This document shows, piece by piece, positions 39,821 through 53,595 of a stretch of DNA of 64,000 nt (position 1 is the stretch's first letter; every line of letters starts with the position of its first letter). Both the position numbers and the translations under genes were made by a program. The stretch is from Haliotis rufescens (taxonomy: Eukaryota). The notes beneath the pieces are model-generated. The model searched no databases. It saw only the letters and a program-made list of their open reading frames with translations, and was not told the DNA's origin. Where the stretch lies: assembly GCF_023055435.1 (NCBI RefSeq), contig NW_025963779.1:53444001-53508000 (forward strand), in the 5' to 3' direction.

Positions 39821-40522
39821 TATAATGTCTCAATTACAGATGCAACAGTAAAAGAACAGTTATATCAGAAGGGAAAGTACTACCAAGATAATACACAGAT
39901 TGCTCCACTTCTTCTATTGTGTTTGAAGTCATAGTTTAGTATCCAGTGGTACTATGACTTATGTGTCTTGCCATCTTAAAATCTCAATGAGCAGATCAAC
40001 ATTATCACAATTAAGTTGAGTTGGATATCTAAGTCTCCAAACCTAATCAACATCAAACTTTTGAACTGCTCACTTTCAAATCAATAAATCTCAAGTTGTG
40101 TCAATTACAATCAGTGGTGAATGGCATTGTAATAAGTATGTACATAAATAATGAATAAATTCATTTGGTTTAGGTATTTTAGTCCTATGATACAAACAGT
40201 TTAATCATATAACCATCACTTGTTTCTTCCTTGTTAAAAACATGAGCTAAAACTTTCTGGCAACGCCTTTAACAACATGTTTGGAGAATACAAAGGAACA
40301 CATTTCTACCATAATTTTTCAGCTCCGAAGTATTCACATAAATAATTTGTCATAATGGAAGATTAGTGATTCAATTCCCAGACACATCATACCTAAAGAC
40401 CTTAAAAGATTGCCCAAGGCAAGTAAACTTCTAAATTCTACTTATCCTACCTGATTTTCAAACTTCCCTGCTAAATCAGAAAAGAAGAAAACTATAATTC
40501 TAAAACAAAACTTGAAGATTAT

Positions 40523-40808
40523 GAGTGAGTGAGTGAGTGAGTGAGTGAGTGAGTGAGTGATTTGTTTTTAACGCCGCATTTAACAGTATTCCAGTTATAT
40601 CATGGTGTGTCAGCCCGAAGTGATGCAGGTCTTAGACGTTTACCACTTTGGTGAAACCCATGAGCACAGGTATGGTGCTGACAAACCTAGAAACATAATC
40701 GGGGTGAACCGGGATTTGAACCCACAATCATAGGTTTCTGGAATGCCCAAGGGATGCAACTCTGCACAGCGAATTGCGGTGTCTTAGACGACTGGGCCAC
40801 CCGTGCCC
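40523..40808 (-). mobile_element. SINE family C, full length, long tRNA-like head
   Basis: Reverse strand: A box tggcccagtcgtctaag, B box ggttcaaatcc, tail ggaatactgttaaatgcggcgttaaaa plus (CACT)n. Other copies at 4250-4460, ~35279-35455 and ~14821-14900. Confidence 0.85.
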
Positions 40809-42489
40809 TCTGAAGATTATGAAGACAGCTAATGAAAGATGGGTAGATTTGAAAAATGAATAGTCAGGTACTTCATCAACAGTTGACATACAATACCTCT
40901 TCAAAGTTTCAAAGTTAATACCGACGATTTTCATACTTGTCCAAGGGCAAGTAAAGTATATTTTCCCCCTTGCCCCACACTTTATTTTCACAGGTCGGGC
41001 AAGTAGGGCAAACTAATTGAACACCCCTACAAAACCTATCATGATTACTCTAATCATATACCAGACTTTTCATAAGTTATCTCAGTTCTCTCTATGACAT
41101 AATTTTCTAGGTTGTTTCCCGTGAACACACACTGTTGATATGCTGTACCAAACATAAACTCAGCGGTAGAAATGGCGAACTTTATTTTAAACTTTTCATC
41201 ACATATCACATCAATATTACCTCAAAGGGACAGATGTTCAGTAACAGAACATGTGGTTGAAACTTCCTCGAAAACAATTTCTTACAAACAGTTCTAATAC
41301 ATAACCAAATGCATAAGTATCCTACCTGTCATCAGAAGATTACTTAATTATAGTTAAGGTAACAGAAGGGATTAGTGCACCATCATCACCATGTTCTTAT
41401 CAAACGTAATTACTAAATGGGTGTATCTGGTAAACGTAATCTATTTATGAAATCAGAAATATTTGTGAAGGAAGGCATTCTTTAGAACACAACTGAGTTT
41501 TACCACATGCGAAACCAGCTGCACATACAGAATACCTTGAACATCCGACATGTGTTCTCATGCCTGCCCAGACTGCTTATCTCGAAACCATTTTTTCCCC
41601 CCGCAATCCTCAATGGGTGAAGTCAGAAATAAAAGTGAGATGAATATATTCTGTCCTCTGAAATATAAACCAATGATGCAGTGAATTCCTTTATCCATAG
41701 CACCACCTTCATTCCTATAATTGCTGAGATTCTTAAGAGAATGATGCTATTTTTTGCAATTTTATTAGAAAAACTGCATATACAGTAAGCACTCTGCTAA
41801 CGACTCCCCTCCTTCAGATAAGCATTTAATTGGGCCATGATTTTGATTAAGAATAGCTTGTTGAAGCAGATGATTATTGTAGATTTTGCTAATAATAGAC
41901 AGCCTGGTTGAACTTGCAGCTGAAATAGTCCTTCTGTGGTAATTGTGCATTCAACAGAGCATCTAGCTTCAGCTTCCTTTCCCACAGATAAAGATGCAGA
42001 GGCAAACTGTTCAGGAATTAAGGGAGAGATGTTTATTATCCTAAAGACTTTTTATGTCCATCCTATTTTAGATGAGATCATTTTGACCTTAAGTTCAGGT
42101 CACAATGAATCAGTCACATGTTCTTCATCTCCTCAACACGGAACTATTCTTCTACAGTTGATTTATTGACTCTTGAATCAAGTTTCATCAAACTGAGTGA
42201 ATGTTTTTTAATGCCACATCTGGCCATATCCCAGCTTTTTTCAAAATTATCCAATCCAAACATGATAAACCAGTGACTGAAAGCATGAGCATCAATCAAC
42301 ATAATCAGGTCTCATTATACAAATAATTGCTCTTGATGAGGCCAGTGTGTGAAAACAAGGACCCAAGGACAGGACCCCTGAGGGGGGTCTAACCAGAAAA
42401 ACCACCACATTTCTACAACGTTAAGAGTAATCATTTGTTTTGTTATACCGAAATCTGGGGTCTACACTGAAATATCAAATAATAATTAT

Positions 42490-42785
42490 CATTGTTAATA
42501 ATACTAAGAATACTACCTCTATTACATCAGAGGTACTCCCTCCCACTTCCCCAATCATCTGTCTCTAGCTGACTAATGTTTGGAAAGAAGTGAGGTTCTT
42601 CCTGCCTTTATACATGAGAGCGCCTTGGGCTTATTGAGTGCTAGGACAACTAATTGTTGTATAGTTCCTACAGGAATTTGACAACGATGTAATAGAGGTA
42701 GAGGATTCGTAAGAATTGTATTGTTTTGTCACATACGCATTCACCAATGAAATTGCAAGATTCTTAATAGAGGTATAACAATAAC
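42490..42785. mobile_element. Interspersed repeat with internal inverted repeat (MITE-like)
   Basis: ctacctctattacatc ... gatgtaatagaggtag; segments recur at ~6745-6785 and ~7480-7555. Confidence 0.55.
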
Positions 42786-43230
42786 ATCTAGTCAGCCAGG
42801 TCACAGATCCTGACCACTCTCTCTAAGAACCTTCTCTTACTCAGGTCCTACAGGGTAATATTGGGACGGATGCTTCAAACACACAATGTCTTCTCTCAGG
42901 AAAGATGCCTCGTACTTCATCATACCTTGCTGGTTATGAGAAAGGTATGAGAAAGCCATTTTTGGTGCACAGGGTCTGCATTGGAAAATAAACAAAACTT
43001 TTAGAAATTGATACACATGTTATCAGATGTGTTCATAAGGATAAGAATTACTTTGTTCATTACAACATGCGTACATTTAACTTATAACAACACTGATAGG
43101 TACATGTACATTTCTCAAATGCTCATTTGAGAGGCTTTCAGGAATCATTTTTCTAATATTTGAACAAAAAATAGCCTTTGACCATGGCACATTTTCTCAT
43201 ATGTTCATAAAGACAGTTCAAACATAAGGT

Positions 43231-43526
43231 AAACAAGGGCAAAAGTGAGCTTGGCTCACTAATACCCCCGACCCCCCTAGTGTGTCAGTAGTTTCAAATT
43301 AAATAATGGATAGGGTTAGAGTTTGAAAAATTCATAAAAAAATGGAAAACAAATAAAAACAATTTTTTTCTTTTGACTGCACCCCTCCATATGACACAGA
43401 TTATATGTACTAAGTTTGAGATGAATCCACTGAATAGTTTAAGAGAAATCGTGCGGACAAAGTTTTCGGACGGACGGAACCTTGGTATAGCTATATACCC
43501 CCGACCTAAAAGGTTGGGGGTATAAA
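43231..43526 (-). mobile_element. Helentron-associated (HINE/DINE-1-like) non-autonomous element
   Basis: Terminal hairpin tatacccccgacctaaaaggttgggggtata, adjacent (GGAC)n, subterminal repeat tacccccgacc at the other end, aacaag terminus. Confidence 0.75.
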
Positions 43527-43527
43527 A

Positions 43528-43754
43528 ATATATATATAGGGTTGCAGAACTGCTCTTAGAATAGTTTTGACAAATATCAACCTTTTTCACTTTTTTAAAC
43601 TTGAATGTGTACGAAAACGATGTAAGTTTTCAGTCTAAGTCAAATATATATATATATAGGGTTGCAGACTTGCTCTTAGAATAGTTTTGACAAATATCAA
43701 CCTTTTTCACTTTTTTAAACTTGAATGTGTATGAAAACAATGTAAGTTTCAGTC
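43528..43754. repeat. 120-bp-period tandem duplication
   Basis: atatatagggttgcaga...tgtaagttttcagtc occurs twice, nearly identical. Confidence 0.95.
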
Positions 43755-45933
43755 ATTTGAACACGTCTCCTATTTTAAATTACTTGTAAATTTGACATTT
43801 CCAGTGGAGCAAAAAAAGGGCCCTTATCCTGCATCATCCTTTGGCTAGTGTGGCGGTAATTATAACAAATTGAGTACAAGAGCGTGTGGCCAATACAAAA
43901 GTCAAAGTGTGAGAAACAACATTAAACTGCTGTATCACTTCATTGAAATAACCATCAAAATTAAAATGGTCCTTTTGAAATTCAGCTTTGTAAATGTCAT
44001 TTAACAGAATCCTGGAAAGAAACGGACTGGCAATATCAAAGAAATACCATTCAACCCCAGTCCAACCTGGGCATGAAAAACTAAGGAAACAGAAAGGGTG
44101 GGTTACACAGAGACAGATTCCAGTCAGTTTGTCTGTACGGAAATAGATATAATCATGTATTTAGTACACATGTAATATGAATCATTTCAACATTTCTATT
44201 TTGCTTAAATATCTGTAATACACAGTCAAGATTCTATCAACAAAGTTGTTCTAAATAGAACGCAATTTTCACAGTTTGAAAGGGGTATGTACTTTCTCAC
44301 TTTTTCCTCCCTCACAAGACTAGCCATTTGCATTATACCAGGGTGTTGCCAAGTTACAAGAACGGTTTCACTTTTTCTCAAGCTCCTAATTATGTGTCCG
44401 AACATTGCATCGTTATTTCCAAGTTCTTACAAGACACCAACAAGCATGTGTGCATTCACCAACACCTCTTTCCCCTAAAATAGATGGTGCTTACAGATTC
44501 TGAGGACTGATAATCACACACCTATTTGCACAAAATCAAATTGAATTTGCTTTATCAATTCCTGTTCATTTTAACACTTGAGTAATTGTATGGGTGGATT
44601 GCGAATAGTTTTTGCTGACACAATGAGGAATTCTCGGCACTCAAGTCTCTGCCATACATGTGGAGCCTCAGTGATCATATGTTTATTGATTGGCGGTCGA
44701 GTTAAGGAGCAAGAAGTGGAAGGAAAACAGTACCAAGTATGGAAACGACACAGTTCAGAACGTTGTGAGGTAGACGAGGAGCTATCCCTAATAGTCCAGG
44801 GTATACATCCATTCTATTATGATTAAAACCCTGGGCCCTTTTGCCACTATAGTTTTGTTTCAAGCTCAAATTGAAATATGTGATGATTAAATTAGCCGCC
44901 AAATCAAACTACACTCATGAGCTGGAGAATATATGGACGAGAGAAAATCTAAAGAAGTTGATGGACCAGTATTCCACTGACTGAATGTACTGGTAAATGC
45001 ATTTTATTCATGCAGTTCATGGACATCGATGAATACATACATACAGTTTTAGAATGTGTTCACTTTTGAAAACAGAGAAAAATATCTTTTCAACATGCCA
45101 AAAGTTGTTAAATCTTGGCAAATATGAAAATGTCTGCCTTGTGTAATGAGAAAATTGTATTATATGATGTGTGATAAAATCAAATGTGTAAATTATTATT
45201 TTCTATAATGAATTATCATATTTTAGCTTGTACACTATAACATGGCTATAACAAACACAGATATAATGTAAACAGTACGCACAATTAATGAATTCATGAA
45301 AGTAACAAATTCTTTCTAATGATTTAACAGCTATAGCAAAATTATTTGCATTATTAAGTCTTTATTTCTAAAATGAAAGAGAAATGTGCCCAAGTCTTTG
45401 AAATGTTTGTTTAATTATGTGAGTATATAATAAATGGTAGCTTTAGCATGTACAATAAATATTTAATATAATCCAGATATCACTTCATTTGATCACTAAG
45501 CCCTACAGGTAATATTTTTAGCTCACCTTACTGAATCACTTCAGAATGTTTTGCACCTATTTTTCTTTATCTCATCATAGCTATTTGTACCAAAATAAGA
45601 TTGAAATTATTATTACTTCAGGTGAGCTACAGAGTGTTGTGGAGTTATTTTCTTATGATGAATTACTTTAGATATTCAAACTGCTCATGGAAATCAACCT
45701 GCCCCAAGTGAAGGTCCCACCTTCTCCAGCAAGTCTCCAGCAGGTGTGCTTCCTGTTGTTCTACACGTGTCCCCTAATCCCCCTTCACTCCGACACCCTC
45801 TTCTTCTCCATCTCAGTCTCGCCGACAATCAAAGGTTTCTTTGTAGACAATTCACTTTTTGGATGGACAAAGACTGAGTGAGTGATTATGTAGAGTTTTA
45901 CATAAACTGCAGTAACACTGACGTTGTATATTG

Positions 45934-47304
45934 CAGGTAACACCTGTATGTCTTTACACTTGGTACCCATATGGCGGTTCATATGCCACAGGTAAAACCC
46001 ATATGTCATCCCACTTGGTACCCATATGGGGGTACATATGCCACAGGTATCACCTGTATGTCATCACACTTGGTACCCATATGGGGGTACATATACCTCA
46101 GGTATCACCTGTATGTTTTACACTTGGTACCCATATGGGGGCACATATACCTCAGGTATCACCTGTATGTTTCACACTTGGTACCCATATGGGGGTACAT
46201 ATGCCACAGGTATCACCTGTATGTCATCACACTTGGTACCCATATGGGGGTACATATACCTCAGGTATCACCTGTATGTTTTACACTTGGTACCCATATT
46301 GGGGCATATATACCTCAGGTATCACCTGTATGTTTCACACTTGGTACCCATATGGCGGTTCATATGCCACAGGTATCACCTGTATGTCATCACACTTGGT
46401 ATCCATATGGGGGCACATATACCTCAGGTATCACCTGTATGTTTCACACTTGGTACCCATATGGGGGTACATATGCCACAGGTATCACCTGTACGTCATC
46501 ACACTTGGTACCCATATGGGGGCACATATACCACAGGTAACACCTGTATGTTTCACACTTGGTACCCATATGGGGCCACATATACCACAGGTATCACCTG
46601 TATGTTTCACACTTGGTACCCATATGGGGGCATATATACCTCAGGTATCACCTGTATGTCTTTACACTTGGTACCCATATGGGGGCACATATACCACAGG
46701 TAACACCTGTATGTTTCACACTTGGTACCCATATGGGGGCACATATACCTCAGGTATCACCTGTATGTTTCACACTTGGTACCCATATGGGGGTACATAT
46801 GCCACAGGTATCACCTGTACGTCATCACACTTGGTACCCATATGGGGGCACATATACCACAGGTAACACCTGTATGTTTCACACTTGGTACCCATATGGG
46901 GCCACATATACCACAGGTATCACCTGTATGTTTCACACTTGGTACCCATATGGGGGCATATATACCTCAGGTATCACCTGTATGTCTTTACACTTGGTAC
47001 CCATATGGGGGCACATATACCACAGGTAACACCTGTATGTTTCACACTTGGTACCCATATGGGGGCACATATACCTCAGGTATCACCTGTATGTTTCACA
47101 CTTGGTGCCCATATGAGGATACATATGCCACAGGTATCACCTGTATGTCATCACACTTGGTACCCATATGGGGGCACATGTACCACAGGTAACACCTGTA
47201 TGTTTCACACTTGGTACCCATATGTGGATACATATGCCACAGGTATCGCCCGTATGACATCACACTTGGTGCCCATATGGGGATAAATGTACCACAGGAA
47301 ACAC
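45934..47304. repeat. 54/55-bp minisatellite, ~25 copies
   Basis: Unit cacaggtatcacctgtatgtcatcacacttggtacccatatgggggtacatatgc; 326-bp higher-order repeat (rare gtacgtc variant at 46491 and 46817). Confidence 0.98.
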
Positions 47305-47306
47305 TA

Positions 47307-47997
47307 GTACCGAAAAATTTCTTAAACCCAACTTGTCCTGCAGGGCAAGTAGATAATATTTTCTACTCATCCTGCAATATTTTCCCTTGCCCTGTTAGTT
47401 TTAATGTTCTCAGATATTATTGTTGGCAGACAGTATGAAATAATTCAGAGTCCTTGATATCTACGTTCATTTCCGCCCATTCAAACTCCCTCAACCATGC
47501 GTCTTGTACAGTTTGTTTTCTTTTTTTACAGTCATACTGTTTTTGAGAAATTTTCCTTTTTTCAGGCTGTTTGTTAATTAAATCATGTTTTTGTCATCAA
47601 CCCCACCATCACTGATCAAAAACTTCTGTATGTCAATCATTTCCCTCACAAAATCAATCATGAGCTGTTCACTATCGCTTTGACATTTGAGGGTCATTAA
47701 CAAGACTCTTGTTTCGATACCTGCTGTGCAAACACATTTCTGTTAATTTCTGTAATAGACAGTTGCCAAGTATGTCAACTATTTATGATATGACTGACAT
47801 ATATTATGTTATTACTTAGCACGAGAGATGAAAACGTCTTTTAGGTTCGAAATTAGCTAGCACATTTTATTGAAAACGATAAGGGGTGAATTGATACGGT
47901 TGAATATATGTACTCGCCCGGTTTCTTCAATTCTTTCTCGCCCAGTACATACTACCACTCATCAATAGGAGCGGATGAGTAGATTTTTCGAGTCCCG
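47307..47997. mobile_element. Degenerate non-autonomous DNA transposon interrupting the satellite
   Basis: Ends cgaaaaat... / ...atttttcgagtcccg with subterminal cttgtcc/gggcaagta/tactcgccc motifs; satellite-like sequence resumes after it. Confidence 0.55.
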
Positions 47998-48010
47998 AAC
48001 ACCAATATGT

Positions 48011-48127
48011 TTCGTTTGTTTGTTTGTAGACTAACTCTGCACTCAGCATTATTCCAGCTATATGACGCTTCTTTTACGGCGAGCATGGGTTGCTTAAGAC
48101 CTATTCTACCCCAGATCTTCACAGGTC
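48011..48127 (-). mobile_element. SINE-like family A, internally deleted, with TSD
   Basis: (GTTT)n tail, gcactcagcattattccagcta, gacctattctaccccagatcttcacaggtc; flanked by acaccaatatgt / acaccagtatgt. Confidence 0.8.
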
Positions 48128-49619
48128 ACACCAGTATGTCATAACACTTACACAGGTCACACCAATATGTCATCACACTTACACAGGTCACACCACTATC
48201 ATCACACTTACACAGGTCACACCAATATGTCATCACACTTACACAGGTCACACCAATATGTCATCACACTTACACAGGTCACACCAATATCATCACACTT
48301 ACACAGGTCACACCAATATGTCATCACACTTACACAGGTCACACCAATATGTCATCACACTTACACAGGTCACACCACTATCATCACACTTACACAGGTC
48401 ACACCAATATGTCATCACACTTACACAGGTCACACCAATATGTCATAACACTTACACAGGTCACACCAATATGTCATCACACTTACATAGGTCACACCAC
48501 TATCATCACACTTACACAGGTCACACCAATATGTCATCACACTTACACAGGTCACACCAATATGTCATCACACTTACACAGGTCACACCACTATCATCAC
48601 ACTTACACAGGTCACACCAATATGTCATCACACTTACACAGGTCACACCAATATGTCATCACACTTACACAGGTCACACCAATATGTCATCACACTTACA
48701 TAGGTCACACCACTATCATCACACTTACACAGGTCACACCAATATGTCATCACACTTACACAGGTCACACCAATATGTCATCACACTTACACAGGTCACA
48801 CCAATATGTCATCACACTTACACATGTCACACCACTATCATCACACTTCCACAGGTCACACCAATATGTCATCACACTTCCACATGTCACACCAATATGT
48901 CATCACACTTACACAGGTCACACCATTACACAGGTCACACCACTATCATCACACTTACACCGGTCACACCAATATGTCATCACACTTACACAGGTCACAC
49001 CAATATGTCATCACACTTACATAGGTCACACCACTATCATCACACTTACACAGGTCACACCTATATGTCATCACACTTACACAGGTCACGCCACTATCAT
49101 CACACTTACACAGGTCACACCAATATGTCATCACACTTACCCAGGTCACACCAATATGTCATCACACTTACACATGTCACACCAATATCATCACACTTAC
49201 ACAGGTCACACCAATATGTCATCACACTTACACAGGTCACACCAATATGTCATCACACTTACACAGGTCACACCACTATCATCACACTTACACAGGTCAC
49301 ACCAATATGTCATCACACTAACACAGGTCACACCAATATGTCATCACACTTACACAGGTCACACCAATATGTCATCACACTTACACAGGTCACACCAATA
49401 TGTCATCACACTTACACAGGTCACACCAATATGTCATCACATTTACACAGGTCACACCAATATGTCATCACACTTACACAGGTCACACCACTGTCATCAC
49501 ACTTACACAGGTCACACCAATATGTCATCACACTTACACAGGTCACACCACTATCATCACACTTACACAGGTCACACCAATATGTCATCACACTTACACA
49601 GGTCACACCAATATGTCAT
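48120..49619. repeat. 31/29-bp minisatellite, ~49 copies
   Basis: Units cacaggtcacaccaatatgtcatcacactta and cacaggtcacaccactatcatcacactta. Confidence 0.98.
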
Positions 49620-49832
49620 TGTTTAACGCTGTACTCTGTAATATTCCAGCTACATGATGGTGGTCTGTAAATAATAGATTCTGGATCAGACAACCCAGTT
49701 TTTGATATCATGAGCATCAATCCACGCAATTGGGATATGATGACATCGATCAACCAAGTCACTGAGCCTGACCACCAGAACCGGTTAGTCATCTCTTACA
49801 AGCATGGGTTTCTAACCTGACCTTCATGGGTC
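49619..49832 (-). mobile_element. SINE-like family A copy
   Basis: gtttaacgctgtactc..atattccagcta ... cttcatgggtc. Confidence 0.85.
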
Positions 49833-49840
49833 CACTGTAA

Positions 49841-50840
49841 TGTCGTCACATGTACCCATGTGGGAATTCATATGACACAGGTATGACAGATAAGTCGTCT
49901 AATACCCATGTGGGAATTCATATGACACAGATATGACAGATATGTCGTCACACATACCCATGTGGGAATTCATATGACACAGGTATGACAGATAAGTCGT
50001 CACATGTACCAATGTGGGAATTCATATGACACAGATATGACAGATAAGTCGTCTAATACCCATATGGGGATTGATATGACACAGGCATGACAGATAAGTC
50101 GTCACATGTACCCATGTGGGAATTCATATGACACAGATATGACAGATAAGTCGTCTAATACCCATATGGGGATTGATATGACACAGGTATGACAGATAAG
50201 TCGTCACTTGTACCAATGTGGGAATTCATATGACACAGATATGACAGATAAGTCGTCTAATACCCATATGGGGATTGATATGACACAGGCATGACAGATA
50301 AGTTGTCACATGTACCAATGTGGGAATTCAGATGACACAGGTATGACAGATAAGTCGTCACACATACCCATGTGGGAATTCATATGACACAGGTATGACA
50401 GATAAGTCATCACATGTACCCATGTGGGAATTCATATGACACAGGTATGACAGATAAGTCGTCTTATACCCATATGGGGATTCATATGACACAGGTATGA
50501 CAGATAAGTCGTCACACATACCCATGTGGGAATTCATATGACACAGGTATGACAAATAAGTCGTCACACATACCCATGTGGGAATTCATATGACACAATG
50601 ACACAGGTATGACAGATAAGTCATCACATGTACCCATGTGGGAATTCATATGACACAGGTATGACAGATAAGTCGTCTAATATGGGGATTGATATGACAC
50701 AGGTATGACAGATAAGTCGTCACATGTACCCATGTCGGGATTCATATGACAAATGTATGACAGATAAGTCCTCACATGTACCCATGTGGAAATTTATATG
50801 ACCCAGGTCTGACAGATATGTCGTCACATGTACCCATATG
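49841..50840. repeat. 52/50-bp minisatellite, ~19 copies
   Basis: Unit gtcgtcacatgtacccatgtgggaattcatatgacacaggtatgacagataa. Confidence 0.97.
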
Positions 50841-52043
50841 GTTATTCATAATATTAAGATTATTTCACTCATTTAACCTGCAGAGGTGTGCGTGCGTGTG
50901 TGCGTGCCTGCGTGTGTGCATGCATGCGCGCGCGCTTGTACTAATCCGGGATAACCTTGTTTGATATTAGGAAAGTTCATCTGGCTTTCCAAGTGCCCAG
51001 GGGATCCATACCAAGATAATTGGTTCCATGGAACACAACACCATATGGACTGTTCCTCTCAACGGAATGTATCTTTCCATGGCCTATATCAACAACCAGA
51101 TACACAGAATACCTATCTATCTCTAGTCTTACACACTTGTCATGGTAACATTTCACAGAATGATTGAATAACAAACATTAAACATAGAAAGGTGCTTCTT
51201 GGCTTGCTGTCATTGTACCGGCTTCTGTGTACCTGAAGCACAGCAGACACAAGCAAGTAGTTATTATGCCGCTATGAAAGAATCAGCGGCCAATTTGCCA
51301 GATTTTGTATATTATGAATATCAACAGAGAGGATAAGATAAGGACAGGGTCTATATTATGATGTAAGCAATGAACATCTGGGCCTGTATGAACATCTGAT
51401 TGTTGGCATTCCTACTGACGTTCAATCCCTCTTCCTCTGTATACACATTCTCACATGTACATCAACTATTGTATGTTGACGTTTTCTTCATAACCAACTC
51501 GAATGCCACAATAACATTGTTCACACAGACTCGTGCAATGCACATGCACACCTCCATGGTATGACAGCTGGCAAACACACAACGATGAACCAACAACTGA
51601 ATATAGGCAAACATGTTGGGGCATTGGGTTATCTGAACGAGGGCCAATCACAATCTCAATCCCATAAGATCAATACATCATTGTCTACTGAAGGATTTAT
51701 CCATAATGTCAACTGTGACAAACATCAGACATCCAGGTGATTGAAGATACAGCACAGTTGACACTGATTCAACAATTCAAGGGCTTTGCGTACCATGTGT
51801 ATATTGTCATAGATAGATGTATACTGTTTGTTCGTGTGGTTTTAAGTTGGGATAAAAGGCCTGGCTTCTTCTAGACTGCAGTACCAAGTGACACACTGAT
51901 CTGCATACAAGGAACATAGCACTTGCTGTTTCTCAAAGCTGCATGTTACTTAAAGAGGGACCATACTGCACGATCAAGTGCTCAGTTTCAACTAGGTTCC
52001 AGACAATCTAATTATTGACTGTTGACCTCATACATTGTCTGTA

Positions 52044-52306
52044 TGTTTGTTTGTTTGTTTGTTTAACGCCGCACTAAGCAATGTGCAAGCTATATGACAG
52101 CAGTCTGTAAATAATCGAGTCTGAACCAGACTATCCAGTGATTGACACCATGTGCACCGATCGACGCAAGTGGGATACTATGACATGCATCAACCAAGTC
52201 AGCGAGCCTGACCACCCGATCCCGTTAGTAGCCTTTTACAAGCATAGTCGCCTTTTAGGCAAGCATGGGTTGCTGAAGACCTATTCTAACCCGGATCTTT
52301 ACGGGT
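52044..52306 (-). mobile_element. SINE-like family A, full length
   Basis: (GTTT)n tail through ccggatctttacgggt; imperfect flank repeat tgtctgtatg / tgtctgtgtg. Confidence 0.9.
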
Positions 52307-52538
52307 GTGTCTGTGTGTAATTAGGTGTTCATTGACTACTGGACTGATATACACCATACATTAGGAGTTACAGACAAACAAGATGCATCTTGAATGATTT
52401 CAATCAAATTTGGTAGACACTCTCTAATATTGAAGTTTATTGGAGGTTGCATCATGCTTTGGACTTGAACTTGGTGTTGCAACTGACAGCAGGCCTCCTT
52501 TGAACAAGTGGACAAGAGTGTTGCAAAATTCATCCTCA

Positions 52539-52655
52539 TCAATGAAACTCGACCAAGGCATGTGTCTTGAATCTTGGGAGCTTCAATGTCAAGTTGTTTA
52601 ACGGTAATTGCAACAATGTGTCAAAACTACCAAACCATCTGCTGGCAAGTGTTAA
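52539..52655 (-). other. Candidate exon start (strong acceptor)
   Basis: ctgatctttttcag|; phase-0 frame LTLASRWFGSFDTLLQLPLNNLTLKLPRFKTHALVEFH*. Unique sequence, no recognised homology. Confidence 0.25.
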
Positions 52656-53552
52656 CTGAAAAAGATCAGACATGTTACATCACTTCTCTTTCTCTGTCTT
52701 CCTACACTGACTGAGTTTTAACATGAAGATAGTTTTTCTTTTGAATGCAGTGTTTATGATTTTATATTCTTCCGTCATCGATCTCAGAGATTCTCATTGA
52801 GAACCAGCAATCAGATTACAAGCAGCAACATGAATTTCCATACACAATCTTTATCACAGTGACATAGGTGGATCATTTAGTTTATAAATTAATCAAATAA
52901 CTATACTTGTTAATCTTATATAGAAATAAACCCCAAACATTTGACATATTCTCTCGTTTCATAAAATTGGTATTACACGAGAGTGAGTTTAGTATTTTTT
53001 TTCATTACTTGCCATTTATAACCTTCTTTTTTTAATAATTCACTGTCGTTTGTGAATTGGCAGGCATGTACGCTATCCACAGCATAATCCAAAGGAGACT
53101 TTAAAAGAGTAATACTAGGAAGTTGACACATATTATTTAATTCCATACAACGGCCTACCTTCAGAATTCAGAATGACCTAAGATGAAATTAGTGGATTCC
53201 TGTTGCAAGATCCACCAGCAAAACAATGCCATGTGACATCAGCCTAGCAACAGAGCAGTGTCATTGGGGTTGTTGGGTCATCTAGCATAAGCATAAGGTC
53301 CTCTCAGTGTTTCTATCATCTCTACACGCAATGCCACCATAAAAGCCCTGGGATTTGGGAAGTTTTCAATATTTGTTTGTGAAACTTGTTCTCTCAGTAG
53401 ATAAGCACACGCTATGGTATTACACAATGTGTAATACAGCTGTATGGCTATGGTTATTAAACGGGTGATCTCTTCACGGGCGAGTATGTGTATAGCATGG
53501 ATTAGTGGAGTGGGACTGCTAATAAAAAGGTTATGGATTAGCAGGATATATA

Positions 53553-53564
53553 TATGTGTGTGTG

Positions 53565-53595
<31 letters not shown>

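Noticed and set aside
42073-42112. bantam-like seed TGAGATCATTTTGA in a short hairpin
   Set aside because: The 3' half does not match bantam, the stem is too short and the match lies on the wrong arm.
39129-49670. His/Thr-rich ORFs in the 47-, 55- and 31-bp arrays
   Set aside because: Unit lengths are mostly not multiples of 3 and all three frames are open: compositional artefact.
50977-51174. VFHGT, reminiscent of the PARP/ART catalytic motif
   Set aside because: Five-residue match followed by a stop; no downstream Y/E motifs.
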